Source of the DNA: Octopus vulgaris
Taxonomy: Eukaryota
NCBI GenBank assembly: GCA_951406725.2
Contig: OX597826.1
Coordinates: forward strand, 82,522,001 to 82,586,000
Reading direction: 5' to 3'
DNA length: 64,000 nt
Positions 26,466 through 38,418 of the stretch are shown here, in pieces; within the stretch, counting starts at the first letter, position 1, and every line of letters begins with the position of its first letter. The notes beneath the pieces are model-generated. The model ran no database searches, was not told the origin of the DNA, and saw only the letters and a program-made list of their open reading frames with translations. Position numbers and translations under genes: made by a program.

Positions 26466-26468
<3 letters not shown>
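24930..26468. repeat. Spacerless 1.5-kb palindrome built from tandem copies of a roughly 490-nt HHR-containing unit, embedded in (TA)n
   Basis: Symmetry centre CCAAAGG|CCTTTGG at 25692/25693. The unit recurs at 24930 and 25488 (period 558, including a 67-nt internal duplication at 25248/25315) and with period 472 in the right arm. Confidence 0.92.
25052..25158 (-). ncRNA. Complete type I hammerhead ribozyme
   Basis: atttctta-CTGAAGA-ATCTG...CAGAT-GAAA-CGGTATATCG-TA-taagaaat. Stem I is a perfect 8 bp, the stem II base is 5 bp and stem III is ACGG/TCGT. Predicted GUA cleavage falls between 25060 and 25059. Confidence 0.85.
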
Positions 26469-26508
<40 letters not shown>

Positions 26509-27083
26509 GTGTTAGTCTCCCTTTAACTGCTGCTAGTATTTATGTTGGGATGCTGTATAACGACACAAGCGGCTTTGACCCACTTATGACACAGGCTGCT
26601 CCCCCACACGTTTTATTTGCTGTTTTACTTTATTTATATCCAGCTCTATAACGGTTTAAAATTTAACTGACCGATTATAGAGATGGCTCGATTTTGATCA
26701 ATTCCATTACGGATAACAGGGGATTGTTCTTTAGAATATATAAGTACTCTATTGTTACAACTTTACGAGTATGTTTTTGGATAAATATTAATTAGCATTA
26801 TTTACAAAATCATACTTCACCGTTCTTGTCTTGTTGTTTGTATGCTCGAAACAAGAAGTAGAAGCACAGCCAACAACTGATGAAGGGTCGCTTTTTTATG
26901 TTACTTATTTTCCATTCCTTTCTCTCGTTTTTTTTTGTGTACCCAACCTTATTTTCGTATTTCATGTTTGTTTACGTTTTTGTGACATCCTGTACCGATA
27001 TATACATATGGACGCATGTAAGTACATATGTGCGTCTATATATGCATATATGCATATATATATTATTTATATTATATTATAGC

Positions 27084-27159
<76 letters not shown>

Positions 27160-27162
27160 CAT

Positions 27163-27247
<85 letters not shown>

Positions 27248-27573
27248 TAAATTGAAAGGTATAATGAATAAACGGTCAAAACAACTATGTCATTCCCAAA
27301 TTATCAAAAATTGAACATAAATAAATATTAAACCAACAGGGTACCCAATAGTATAAAATATACATACATACACGAATAAAAGGCAATAAAACCTAAAGGG
27401 GGAATACGGGTGAAGAATGAAGTCGAATGAAGAAAATTATATGGAATAAATTAATGGATAAAAAAGGTGCCAAAAATTGAAGGCAATGGAGCTAAAATAA
27501 TATAAATATATATAAAATACAAGAATATGAATATAAAGAATAAAGTGTAAGGCAACAAGAACAGAGTCCATTG

Positions 27574-27682
27574 AGGCCCATCTCTACGATTATGATCGTT
27601 TCAAAGGATGCTGCTTCACATCGTTAATGTAGAATCCATTAAGGAAATGCATAGGCAACACCTCTTCATCAGAAGAAAACCT
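27574..27682 (-). ncRNA. Complete type I hammerhead ribozyme
   Basis: tctt-CTGATGA-AGAGGTGTTGC...GCAGCATCCTTT-GAAA-CGAT-cata-ATCG-TA-gaga. Intact core, 5-bp stem III, GUA triplet. Stem I is short and rich in wobble pairs. Confidence 0.75.
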
Positions 27683-27707
27683 ACAAAGGCTTCACATTTC
27701 TGGTTTA

Positions 27708-28082
27708 ATTCTTTATTGTCCATTAGGGGCCAACAGAGAGGGGACAATACAAAAACACAGGTCGATAAAAACGTATGACTTTTACATAAAATGAAGATTT
27801 AAAAATTTATGACAAATATAAGCGTATGTTAGACGAACAAAAGTAAACAGCAAATGGAATGGGGGACGAGTTTGGCTCCGACGCCACAAGCCCCGTTACA
27901 CCACTGAAATCTTTACATTTTCCTTCCTGGTTTACATCACGTATGGTCATTCATACTCAACATTCGTACTACACCATTCCGTATTTTGGTAATTATAACA
28001 GAGGACAGGCATCTCTTCTCCAGCCGTATTTTCCTTTTGAGATGGAAAATAAGGAAACTCACCAAACCCCGGATAGAATATG
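27708..28082 (-). mobile_element. Probable 3' end of an L1/Tx1-like LINE
   Basis: Minus frame [22 protein letters not shown]...[12 protein letters not shown] resembles the C-terminus of Tx1-like ORF2. It is followed by a 3' UTR ending GGACAATAAAGAA. Recognition only. Confidence 0.45.
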
Positions 28083-28182
28083 AAGCTTGGTGGGATTGCC
28101 GGTTTAGTCGCCGACGACCCGACCATGCAACATGTTGTACTGGGTTACATGTTACCAGTAGCACTCGAAAGTGACCTGACAC
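28083..28182 (-). mobile_element. Structured leader homologous to the RTE 5' region at 3137-3215 and to 61790-61872
   Basis: GCTACTGGTAACATGTAACCCAGTACAACATGTTGCATGGTCGGGTC...CTAAACCGGCAATCCCACCAAGCTT aligns with GCTACTGGTAACATGTAATTCAGTACAACCTGTTACATTGTCGGGTC...TTAAAGTGGCAACACCACCAAGCTT. Confidence 0.75.
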
Positions 28183-28204
28183 ATATATACATACATACAT
28201 ATAA

Positions 28205-28279
<75 letters not shown>

Positions 28280-29672
28280 CATGTATGTATGCATGAATGC
28301 ATACATATATGTATATGTATGTATGTATGATGTAAATATGTATATATCATGTCATCCCATCAGTAATGTCCGTATTTTTAAATAAGGAAAACAAGTGATC
28401 AAATGTTACAGTTCAGTGAAGCTTAATGAATAGTGTTTCCACCAATTTCTATGACGTCTTTGCATCTACTCGTAAGCTTTTTAATCCCATTAGTGACAAT
28501 CTCTTTCGGTTCCGAAGAGAAGAACTCTGAAAGTTTTCGACTTCTTCGGTTATTTCTAGAGTTAATCCATCAAAATGATTCTGTAAAGTCCGGAACAAAT
28601 GGTAATGTGAAAGAGCATTGTCTGGGGAATAAGGTGAATGAGCAGTCTTCTCTCAGCCAAGTTCCTCGATCTTCTGTGAGGGGATCTTTGAGGTGTGGGG
28701 TGTTGCATTTTCTTGATGAAACACCACTCACTTTCGATTCACTAAAGCAGGCTTTTTTTTTATTTTCTTCAAATCCGAGTTCAAACGCTCAAATTGCAGA
28801 CAGTAGATTTGAGCATTGATTGTCGGTGGCCACTCAAACTGGATGTCTCCTTTGCAATCCCAACAGAGAGAATCTTCCTCGCATGGAGTCCCTTTTTCGG
28901 TTGTGGTTGGGCCTTTTTACCTTCGTCAGTCCAAGTACTACGACGCTTAACATTTCGATGATAGACTCATTTTTCGTCACCGTCACCAGTCCGTTCAAAA
29001 AGGATCTGATGGGTTCTCGAGAACGAAGAGAACAGCAGATGTCCACTCGGGACACACCAATACCCGCGCATGGGCTTAATGCTCATATAGATGTTTGGCT
29101 GTGAATTCCCTGTGTATGGTCTACAAAGCAGAGTTTGTGTCTTACAGTAGCAGCAGCCGGGAAAGGAGACACACACGGAAATATGCTGGAACAATGGATG
29201 GCCATTTAAGACCAAGATAAATAACCACAAGGCACCTAGCATCCCAGTGAGTTACAATATTAGTCAGCTAATACATATAAGGGTTCAAAAACAGAGGGAG
29301 CACGATACACAGTTAACTGGAAGCTGCTAGAACAAACTGGGCCACATCTCAATGTTATATTTATCCTAAATATTCGTAGGAACCAGGTGGCTTTTTGAAT
29401 TCAAAACGTGAAATTTTGACTTTATGTCCTTATAAGAGGACATTCATTTCAGAAACGTCGTCTTCCATGCTTGCAGACAAGAGTACCAAAAGAACGCTCA
29501 AAGACTGACGTATTTCTCCCTCAGCTGAACTTGTTATGAACATTGGGCCAAGCAAGGCTGAAGAGTTGCTAATATTGCCAAGTGCAATACTAAAAGTGAA
29601 GGCACTGGTAACTTTCTGACAGCTTATTTTTGACTGTGCTTTTTTGACTTATGAAGAACTGATCGCTGTATA

Positions 29673-29716
<44 letters not shown>

Positions 29717-29909
29717 CGTGTGACTTTATGTCTGTCAGCCCGTTTTACTTTTTTTCACGTTGTCCTAGATTCGTCAAAGTGTCCGATAGAATAAGAACCG
29801 GCTTTGGTTTCTTCGAGTAAAGCCCTCGCAGAAGTACCCCAGAGTGGCTGCATCCCATTGAGACTGAAATAAGTGAAAAGTAATTGATTAAAGCTATGTA
29901 TATCCATCC

Positions 29910-29992
<83 letters not shown>

Positions 29993-30015
29993 CTATATAT
30001 TTATCTATCTATCTC

Positions 30016-30050
<35 letters not shown>
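29910..30050. repeat. (ATCT)n microsatellite
   Basis: Directly visible. Confidence 0.95.
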
Positions 30051-30052
<2 letters not shown>

Positions 30053-30152
30053 AACGCTCAGGAATAGAAAAAGTATTTTACGTTTCGAGCCTACGCTCTT
30101 CTACAGAAAGGGACACAGAAAAAACAAGGAGGGAAAAAAATGTGTGTAGTGG
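30051..30152 (-). mobile_element. Penelope-type fragment with minimal HHR variant (30075-30110)
   Basis: cttt-CTGTAGA-a-GAGC-gtag-GCTC-GAAA-CG-TA-aaat on the minus strand. Confidence 0.7.
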
Positions 30153-30259
30153 ATATATATATATATGAACTATGTGTGTGGGTGGAATTCTGCGTTAGTT
30201 ACTTTGAGAGGACATATATCTCCCACCTTCTCACTTTCCCTCTCTATCATACTCTCTTC

Positions 30260-30311
<52 letters not shown>

Positions 30312-30538
30312 CATACTCTCTCTCTCTCTCTTTTGTATCATACACGGAAACTTATAGAGAGAGTTATAGATAGATAGATAGACAGATAAATAGATAGATA
30401 GATAGATAGAAAGATAGATAGATAGCTGTTAGTGTTTATCGGGAAGATACGTACGTATTTATGTGTACCATTGGTAAATTTGGAAAATTTTCAGGGAAAG
30501 ATAAATGCATTGCTTAAAAAATAATACTTCCTATACGT

Positions 30539-30569
<31 letters not shown>

Positions 30570-30590
30570 TACACACACATAGACACAAAT

Positions 30591-30644
<54 letters not shown>

Positions 30645-33600
30645 CATATTTACATACATATGTGTGTAGATATGTATGGAGATTAGATTAGAGAATTAGT
30701 GAAGGATATTAATGTCAGTTTTTTCCCTATTTTTATATTAGTTTTAAGAAAAAAAACGGCGAATAAAATTGATTGAATAAAAAGTTGGGAGAAGATAGGT
30801 CCGCTTTTTTTATGTTCGATAAAGATTAGCATTTCTTTTTATTGGATGTAAGCCAAGTCAAAAGCATAGTCATTACGCTCTGTATGTCTAATGTTATTAC
30901 GAAACTATAAGCTTTGTTCCTTCCTGGCTGTTACAATAACTCCACTATGTCTCAATACCGTGTCAGCATGGCTGACTCCACAAATGGCTTCTATCTTTTT
31001 TAGATTTAAAAACTCTGATATACTTCAACAAGCAGGAGTTATTATGCCCTCTGTTTGAGCATCTAATAAATTTTTGATTGGTTCCAAAATCTATTTCTCT
31101 ATGTAACATCGTTTCCTTTTACAATCTATATTTTGAAATAATATAGTTAATATCTCTTATAACGCTACCTTGAAATTTACATTTACATTTGGACGATCGA
31201 CCATATTGTAATCAAATAGTCCACCATGTCTGTTATCTCCATATATTCCTATTATCAGGGGGCCAAATAAATAGCTGTATGTGTTCCAGAATTATTTTAT
31301 TCTATTCATGCTTTAAATTGCAGTTTAAATTCTGGTGGAGTCGTAGGAGCACTATCGGCACATGTGACAATATCGGGTCTCCATATCTGAGCCCTGACGA
31401 AATTTGAAACTAAGAGAGGAAAGATACGATCTACCCAGTACTTGGCTGTTATTTTATTTAACCTTCACAACGTTTGACCTCCCCAGAATTTGAACTCAGA
31501 AGGCAGAGCACAGAAGACATACTTCAAAAGCATTCTGTCCCACTCTGTAAGGATTTTTTCTTCGTTAACAAAATGAAAAATATCTCAGATTTCTCCAGTG
31601 TTTCTACGATTTTATTGTCTTAACTAAACTTTGCTTTGCCGATGAAATCTAACAACAACAAAACATCCAGATTCGCCATCATGCTGCTAAGTATCAAACC
31701 ACCCACTGCATTCATTATTCATTCAATTAAAATTCTGGTCCTCAACACGCTTGTCCGTTTTATCCAGAGATAATTTCTTTTTCGCATCACCAGGGTTAGA
31801 ATTTTAATTCAATTTCCATAGCTCGCCGCAGGAAATGTTAGCCCACACTTTTATATTGGAATGCCTTAAATTTATTAGGTCAAGACTTTGACAAAAAGAG
31901 ATATGTACCATAAATTTAACTTTTCTTCTATCTGAATAAAATACAAATAAATACTTAGTGGAAATGGCCAGAGGATATCCATTTATCAGTTCAAATGTAT
32001 TTTTTAATTCACATCGAGATGTCTTTTGTTGACTTTAGAAATTCCTTATCTGAACATGCATTAAAATATTGGTAACTTGGACTTGCTCTCAGACACTTCA
32101 CATTTTATTTATATTTTTTAAATCTAATTTATGTTTGTCTTATTTTTACCCAATTGGTAATATTTTGCTTTAAATTATTAATGCTAAAAATACATTTTAT
32201 TGTAAGGCTGTAGTTTTCATTTTAATTAAAAGTATTCTCCACCAATAAACATCACTCCTTCTTGACATGTCCAAATTCCTCAGTCTCGCCCTAACCATTG
32301 TCTACACTCCATTTCTCCCCAGAACGTCGGCAATCTCATTCCTGCTCATATGGTTCTTGCAGGTCTTCATTTGTAACACTTTACACGGAAGGAATCAGCT
32401 TAGACTTCTTCCAAACGTAGCATGTTACCAAAAAAAAAGAAGAAAGAAAAAAAAGCGGGGTGGGGTGAAAATGCTGACCTTTAAAATATCCTATCTTCTG
32501 TTTTCAATGAGCAAATGTAACGGTATTCCTCATGATTTCTATTTCGGAACGTAACCCAGATCTTTAAGATCTTAACACATTCGACGAAGATGTAAACATT
32601 TATTTCTGGGTGGAATATTCCATAATCTGCCTTTGTTAATAGTTATCAACCTTCAAGTTGTAAACTACATATGATTCCACTCCTTTAAATCCAAGAGAGA
32701 CCGAGAATTTAATTGTAATTTTCTTGAAACAAATCCTAAGTTTGGAGTAGCAGAAATATAGAAGTTGATTAAATAAAAACAAGAAGGCAAAATAAATATT
32801 GAGGAAAACATTGGCATTTACGAAGATTATTTAATGTCATGGTGGATGTAGAAAGCATGTCACAGTATGAAAAAACCTGTTTGTACTTAAAGCACACTAA
32901 ATACTAAGAAATATTTTCATTCCCAGTTTTGCATTAAGCGAAGTATTCAGTAATTTAATAACTGAAATATATTTTCAAATTCTTCTTTAAAACGATCATT
33001 TAATCACTGAAAAGTTAACTTTAAATTTACAAAGTAAATCCTAAACTTTCTCGTGACATACGTAGCTTTCTTTTTCAATGAGTTTAAACAAGCTTTTCCG
33101 TGAATTTTCCCTACTTAAATGTAAACATTTCTAACGTCACTGGAAAATGTTTATGAATCATGAATAAAAAAACAATTTATCCGAAGAAACCTGTTATTTG
33201 TATGAAATTGTATTCCACTTGACATATGAGGATAGAAATTCTTAAAATAACCGTATTAGTGATTCGGAATTGCTTAGAAATTAGGGCGGGTTTTGGTTAT
33301 CTTTTGTTTAGGAATAAAGGAACCTGTTATTAATTGCGTGTTGAAAAAGACAATGTAAGTTTACCGCATCCCATCGTGAAATTATTTAGGAAATTTACTT
33401 CTATAGTAATAACAGGTTGCCCGCGAACTATACGTCTCTGAAACTAATTTGACTTAATTTGTTATACTTCTTGAGCTTAAAGTAATGGTTATTTCATATA
33501 AACACCTCCAGTAAATAGATCAATCCTAAGCATATATTACATAATTCACAAGACTATTTCGTTTCTTTCAAAATATATGTAATGTGGCAGATTTATGTAT

Positions 33601-34232
33601 TATGTATGGGAAGACGGGTTGCTGGGATTGAGCGAGTGTTAGTCAGACGTCTTATGTTAGCTCATTATGATAATTTATGTTATGAGTTCACATGGCATGG
33701 GCGTCCATTTTCGCTTTAATATTTCCAGATCGATAAAGTAAGCAGCAGTTCTTTACTGATGTGGCTTAAACCACTGCGCACTTTCTTCAAATCTGAGGCA
33801 TGGCCTCGATGCTTGTAATCAGTCCAGAGTGAGTGTCTGGCTTTTGATTTCTAAGGAAAAATAATTGCATTTGTTTGCTTCATTAATTTGTTCATCATAC
33901 GTGGACACATTATACATAAGTCAACAATTAGTCTACAAATTTAAGGCTCAAAACCACTAAATGACGTATGGAAGTTAAATGATTAACAGTAGCTCGCTAA
34001 TTTAGATAAGAATGCAGCAACGTACTCGATCTATGTCGGGCAATATCTCCGCAGCTAAAATGAGTGCCACGTAAAACTTATGTTGTTACATGATGTTAAG
34101 TGAAACCCATGCAGTCAGCAACTGTATATCCATGTGTTAATATTTGTGAAATTTGTTAAACTGAAACAAGGTCGAAGGTCGGTAGTGGCAGCAATTCATA
34201 TTTTTGTATGGTAAACTAAATCGGACGGAACT

Positions 34233-34807
34233 CAACCTCCTGATTCCTTAACTTGACCACTTGATTGCTCACCTTGACCACCTGATTGCTTAACATAACA
34301 ATATGATTGCTTACCTTGACCACCTGATTGCTTACCTCGACCACCTGATTGCTTACCTTGACCACCTGCTTGCATACCTTGATCCCTTTATTACTTAATT
34401 TGACCACTCTGATTGCTTACCTTGACCAGCTGATTGCTTAACCCGACCTCCTGATTGCTTAACTTGACCACCTGATTGCTTAACCTGACCACCTGATTGC
34501 ATAACCTGAGCTCATGATTGCTTAAATTGGCCACTTGATTGGTTAAATTGACCACCTGATTGCTTAACTTGACCACCTGATTGCTTAATTTCACCTTCTG
34601 GTTGCTTACATTGACCACCTGATTGCTTACATTGACCACCTGATTGCTTACCTTGACCACTCTGATTGCTTAACTTGACCACCTGATTGCTTACATTGAC
34701 CACCTGGTTGCTTACCTTGACCACCTGATTGCTTAACTTGACCTCATGATTCCTTAACCTGACCACCTGATTGCTTTACTTGACCACATGATTGCTTTAA
34801 TTGACCA
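34233..34807. repeat. 21-bp minisatellite, consensus TTGACCACCTGATTGCTTAAC, about 27 copies
   Basis: Directly visible tandem unit. The minus strand translates as (VKLSNQV)n, with +1 frameshifts at CCACTCTGATT variants. Confidence 0.95.
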
Positions 34808-35965
34808 CGTCGTCGCGGAAAGTACGAAACTCCTCTTCCCCTAAGTCTTTCAAAAGAATACTTTTCAAGCGTTGATTTTCCTCTCTACATTCAACTTCAA
34901 GAAACATCGGATACGTGTAGATGCTAGTTTTCAGCCTCAAATAAGACAGCAGGCTCAAGAGTATTCCAGCCGTGACCATCCTGTATTTCTAATTGCATGC
35001 CAGTGTTTATTATTCAATGTGTCTTCATAAGTATTTAAGAAGTGGGGCGTGTTATTTAAGGTATATCTATTTAACATTTCTCGCTGCACAGAGGCTTGCA
35101 TGATGGTTCCTCTAATGTCCAAATTATGCATAAGATCTTTCTATTTTACTTAAAATGTCATCAATTAGATTTAAAATGATGATGTCATCAATAATTTTAT
35201 GAGAATATTTCAATAATATTTTATATTATTTAAAGAAAAAAGAAAAAAGATCCAAGAGAATTCTTACAATCGATTAAAGGATTTGGTTAGCAAAAATTTA
35301 AAAGGAAAATCAATATAGTTTTAGTTATTTGATTCTTCAATTTTATTTACAAGCGAGGAATATATAAACTTTCTAATTAATGATTTAGAATTGATAAAAT
35401 ATTATCATGTGTATTTCAATATATAAGGCTTAACAGAAAGCAATTATGTTTATATTCTCTATTATTGATTGTACAGAAATTTACGATGTAAGAGTATTTC
35501 ATTGAATATATTCTCTTTTCTTTATCTTGCTGATTTTTTCTCAAAAACCATTGATTTGTTGAATTAATTTGACAGTATCATATATAATCATATTCTGACA
35601 GAATTATTTCAGATTTCAGTAAAACTACAGAAGACGGGGAAACAAAATCAAAACGGGGAAATAAATTTCAATAAAAAGTGAATGGTGAGAAATTGAGTTC
35701 CATTATTATATCGCCTTTTCATTTTACCATGTTCTCAAAAATAACGGAGAAAGAACAGAGCGTGAAACAATACTTGTTGAAAATCTTCTATTAAAACTTA
35801 AAGAATAAGATTACATAAAACATGCCGCATGGAGTTTTATTGCATTGTGTATGCACCAGTGACATTTTCATGGTTACTGTATATGTGCGTCCATACACAT
35901 GCACTTACATATATACACACTAATATATGTATGTGCGTGTGTGTGTATGTGTATATGAATATACG

Positions 35966-36009
<44 letters not shown>

Positions 36010-36491
36010 ATGAAAGATAGCAAAACACATGGGATATAAATTTAATTGAATTGTATAAAATACTGCGTTCTTGAAATATTGAACCACATTTTAGTATCAA
36101 TAAGAGAGCTACACAATTTGGCACAAGCTATTCTTTGGTAATAAACATAAACCACCGGCCTTTCCAATGGGTATTAAATCAGAAAGCTATTCGAAGATGT
36201 AAATGCAATATTCAAACTATACACGCGTATATGTTATTTTAGATTTGAAAATATATACTTTCATTTTAACGTGTTCAATTTCTTAGTTGTTTCAATTCGT
36301 CTTCTTGTTCTTGTTTACCGACCAAAGTTTCAAGGTCACCTGCTAGCTACTGTTACCATTTCCGTTCATGGCATCAAGGGTAATTTAAAATCGTTAAAGA
36401 AATAACTATTTGTTTCTCGGTCAATTTTTGTCGAACATTCCAGCAAAATCAGTTGATGTGTAATAATTATTCTACACTTAAAGTTTTGCTT

Positions 36492-36859
36492 TTATTACCT
36501 CCGCCTTCGCGATTTTGTTTTCAGTCATGTTTGTTCGCTTCTTTGTTTGTCCGAAGATATGATATTTCAAGAACCTCTGGATCAATTCGTATGAAACTTT
36601 TCAGGATGTTTAGCCTCGATACTGGCATGAACTGATTAGATTTTGGGAGCGATCCGGTATCGGACAAGGATACTGGATTATTTTTCCTGTTTCTTTACTT
36701 AATTTTTGAGAGCGGTCGCGTTCATTCTTAGTATTCTTGTTTATGAGAGCATTAAAGTTTATTTCAGATATTCTTATTTTAAAAATCCTCTCCGGCTAAT
36801 CGTTGAGAGGATGTTGGTGTTGTCTCGGCAGACGTTTGCGCTCCCTGAATGCTCTTGTT
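36492..36859 (+). mobile_element. Helentron-associated (HINE/DINE-1-like) non-autonomous element
   Basis: 5' TTATTACCTCCGCC, internal (GTTT)n-like run, 3' inverted GGCAGACGT followed by the short hairpin GCGCTCCCTGAATGC and a TCTTGTT end, all in a T-rich site. Confidence 0.6.
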
Positions 36860-37192
36860 ATTCTATGATTTCCATTTCTAAATCATAGTTCATAGATTAA
36901 AACATAAATCGATAAACATAGCACTGGATGGATAAACTGATGAACTTGATTTTAAGTGGAAATTTTAACCACATTGCTATTGTTCAACCGATCAACCTGC
37001 ATATCGTACCATTCAATTCACTTATAGTGTAATCTAGACTGGGATGCCATTCCCAATTTCCTTAAGTATTTCTCCAAAACCTTCACAGACATGCACCTAC
37101 AGAGAAAGATCCAACGATTACCTGGAATTGCAATCCCTATAAATGCCTACGAACCATTTAAACACAAAACCCTGTTATGTTTAAAGAAAATA

Positions 37193-37758
37193 TTAGGTTG
37201 TCCGGAAAGTTCATGCCGATTTATAATAGCTTACCTTTCGACTTATTTTAGAACATGGTTGAGTCCATAAAATAGGATTTTACTACCCCTCCATTTAGAG
37301 CACAGTTTAAGCTATCTTTTCGTGGAAGAAGGTTTATGTTCCTATAACCTGTGTTAGGTCTGTAACACTTTGAAATGGAAGTTAAGAAAGTTCATTTTCG
37401 GCACTTGATGCCTTGGGAACCAGACAAAAATTGCTGCAGCTCGGCTGGGATGTGTTACCCCACCCTCCATATTCACCAGATATTGCTCCTTCGGATTTCC
37501 ACTTATTCAGGTCTCTGCAGAATAGTCTTAATGGTAAAAGTTTCAATTCCTTGGATGACGTAAAAAGATACCTTGATGAATTCTTTGCCATGAAACCACC
37601 TCAGTTCTGGGAAGAGGGTATTTTCAAGTTAAAGGAAAGATGGAGACGCATTGTGCAACAAAATGGTTCATATTTGGTTGATAAAAATGTAATGGCAAGT
37701 ATTTATTGACGTTTTTTCTTTCCTTTAAAAATCGGCACGAACTTTCCGGACAACCCAA
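37193..37758 (+). mobile_element. Internally deleted mariner (DD34D) element
   Basis: TA-flanked TIRs TTAGGTTGTCCGGAAAGTTCATGCCGATTT and AAATCGGCACGAACTTTCCGGACAACCCAA. N-terminal MEVKKVHFRHLM is joined directly to TRQKLLQLGWDVLPHPPYSPDIAPSDFHLFRSLQN...LKERWRRIVQQNGSY. Confidence 0.95.
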
Positions 37759-38290
37759 TACATTACGTCATTTAAAATGGTTAAATTGATAGGTGCCACA
37801 GTTTCTAAAGATTATTCATAGGTTCCGTGCCCCATCATGGCCTCAGCCTCAGGTTGAAACCAGTAAAAGAATTTCAAAAATGTACCTGTGTTTATGCATG
37901 TCGGAGTAGATTCATTATTTTGTCGTTATCTGTTTATTGTTGCGTGTTTACCTGTTCTATGATGACTTTTAACACCGGATGCTGAACGCCTGCATATCAG
38001 GCAACTTAAATACATACATCACCTCTAAAGCTGTGGTTTGTTATGTTAGTGGGGATGAGTATCATTGGATCTGTGATGGGATTTATAGTCACGACCGTAA
38101 CAGGATATATTGAAGTTATGATTTGTATTATGAAATCTGATTCACAAAAGTAGAATTTTGAAGGATATCATGCTTAGAGATAAGTTTACAAACATTGTTT
38201 CTCAGAACATTATGCGCTTTCATATGATAAACCCAACGCACTACAATTTTAAGCATATACACATATCTAAATAAATATGTATGTATGTAC

Positions 38291-38350
<60 letters not shown>

Positions 38351-38369
38351 GCATATACACAGTATATGA

Positions 38370-38418
<49 letters not shown>

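Noticed and set aside
28430-29150. Possible ORF1 zinc-knuckle relic (LCWDCKGD on minus) or host exon
   Set aside because: The motif is incomplete and frameshifted, and no splice or homology support is visible by eye.
34233-34807. CRISPR-like regular repeats
   Set aside because: The units are contiguous with no unique spacers, the context is eukaryotic and there are no cas genes.
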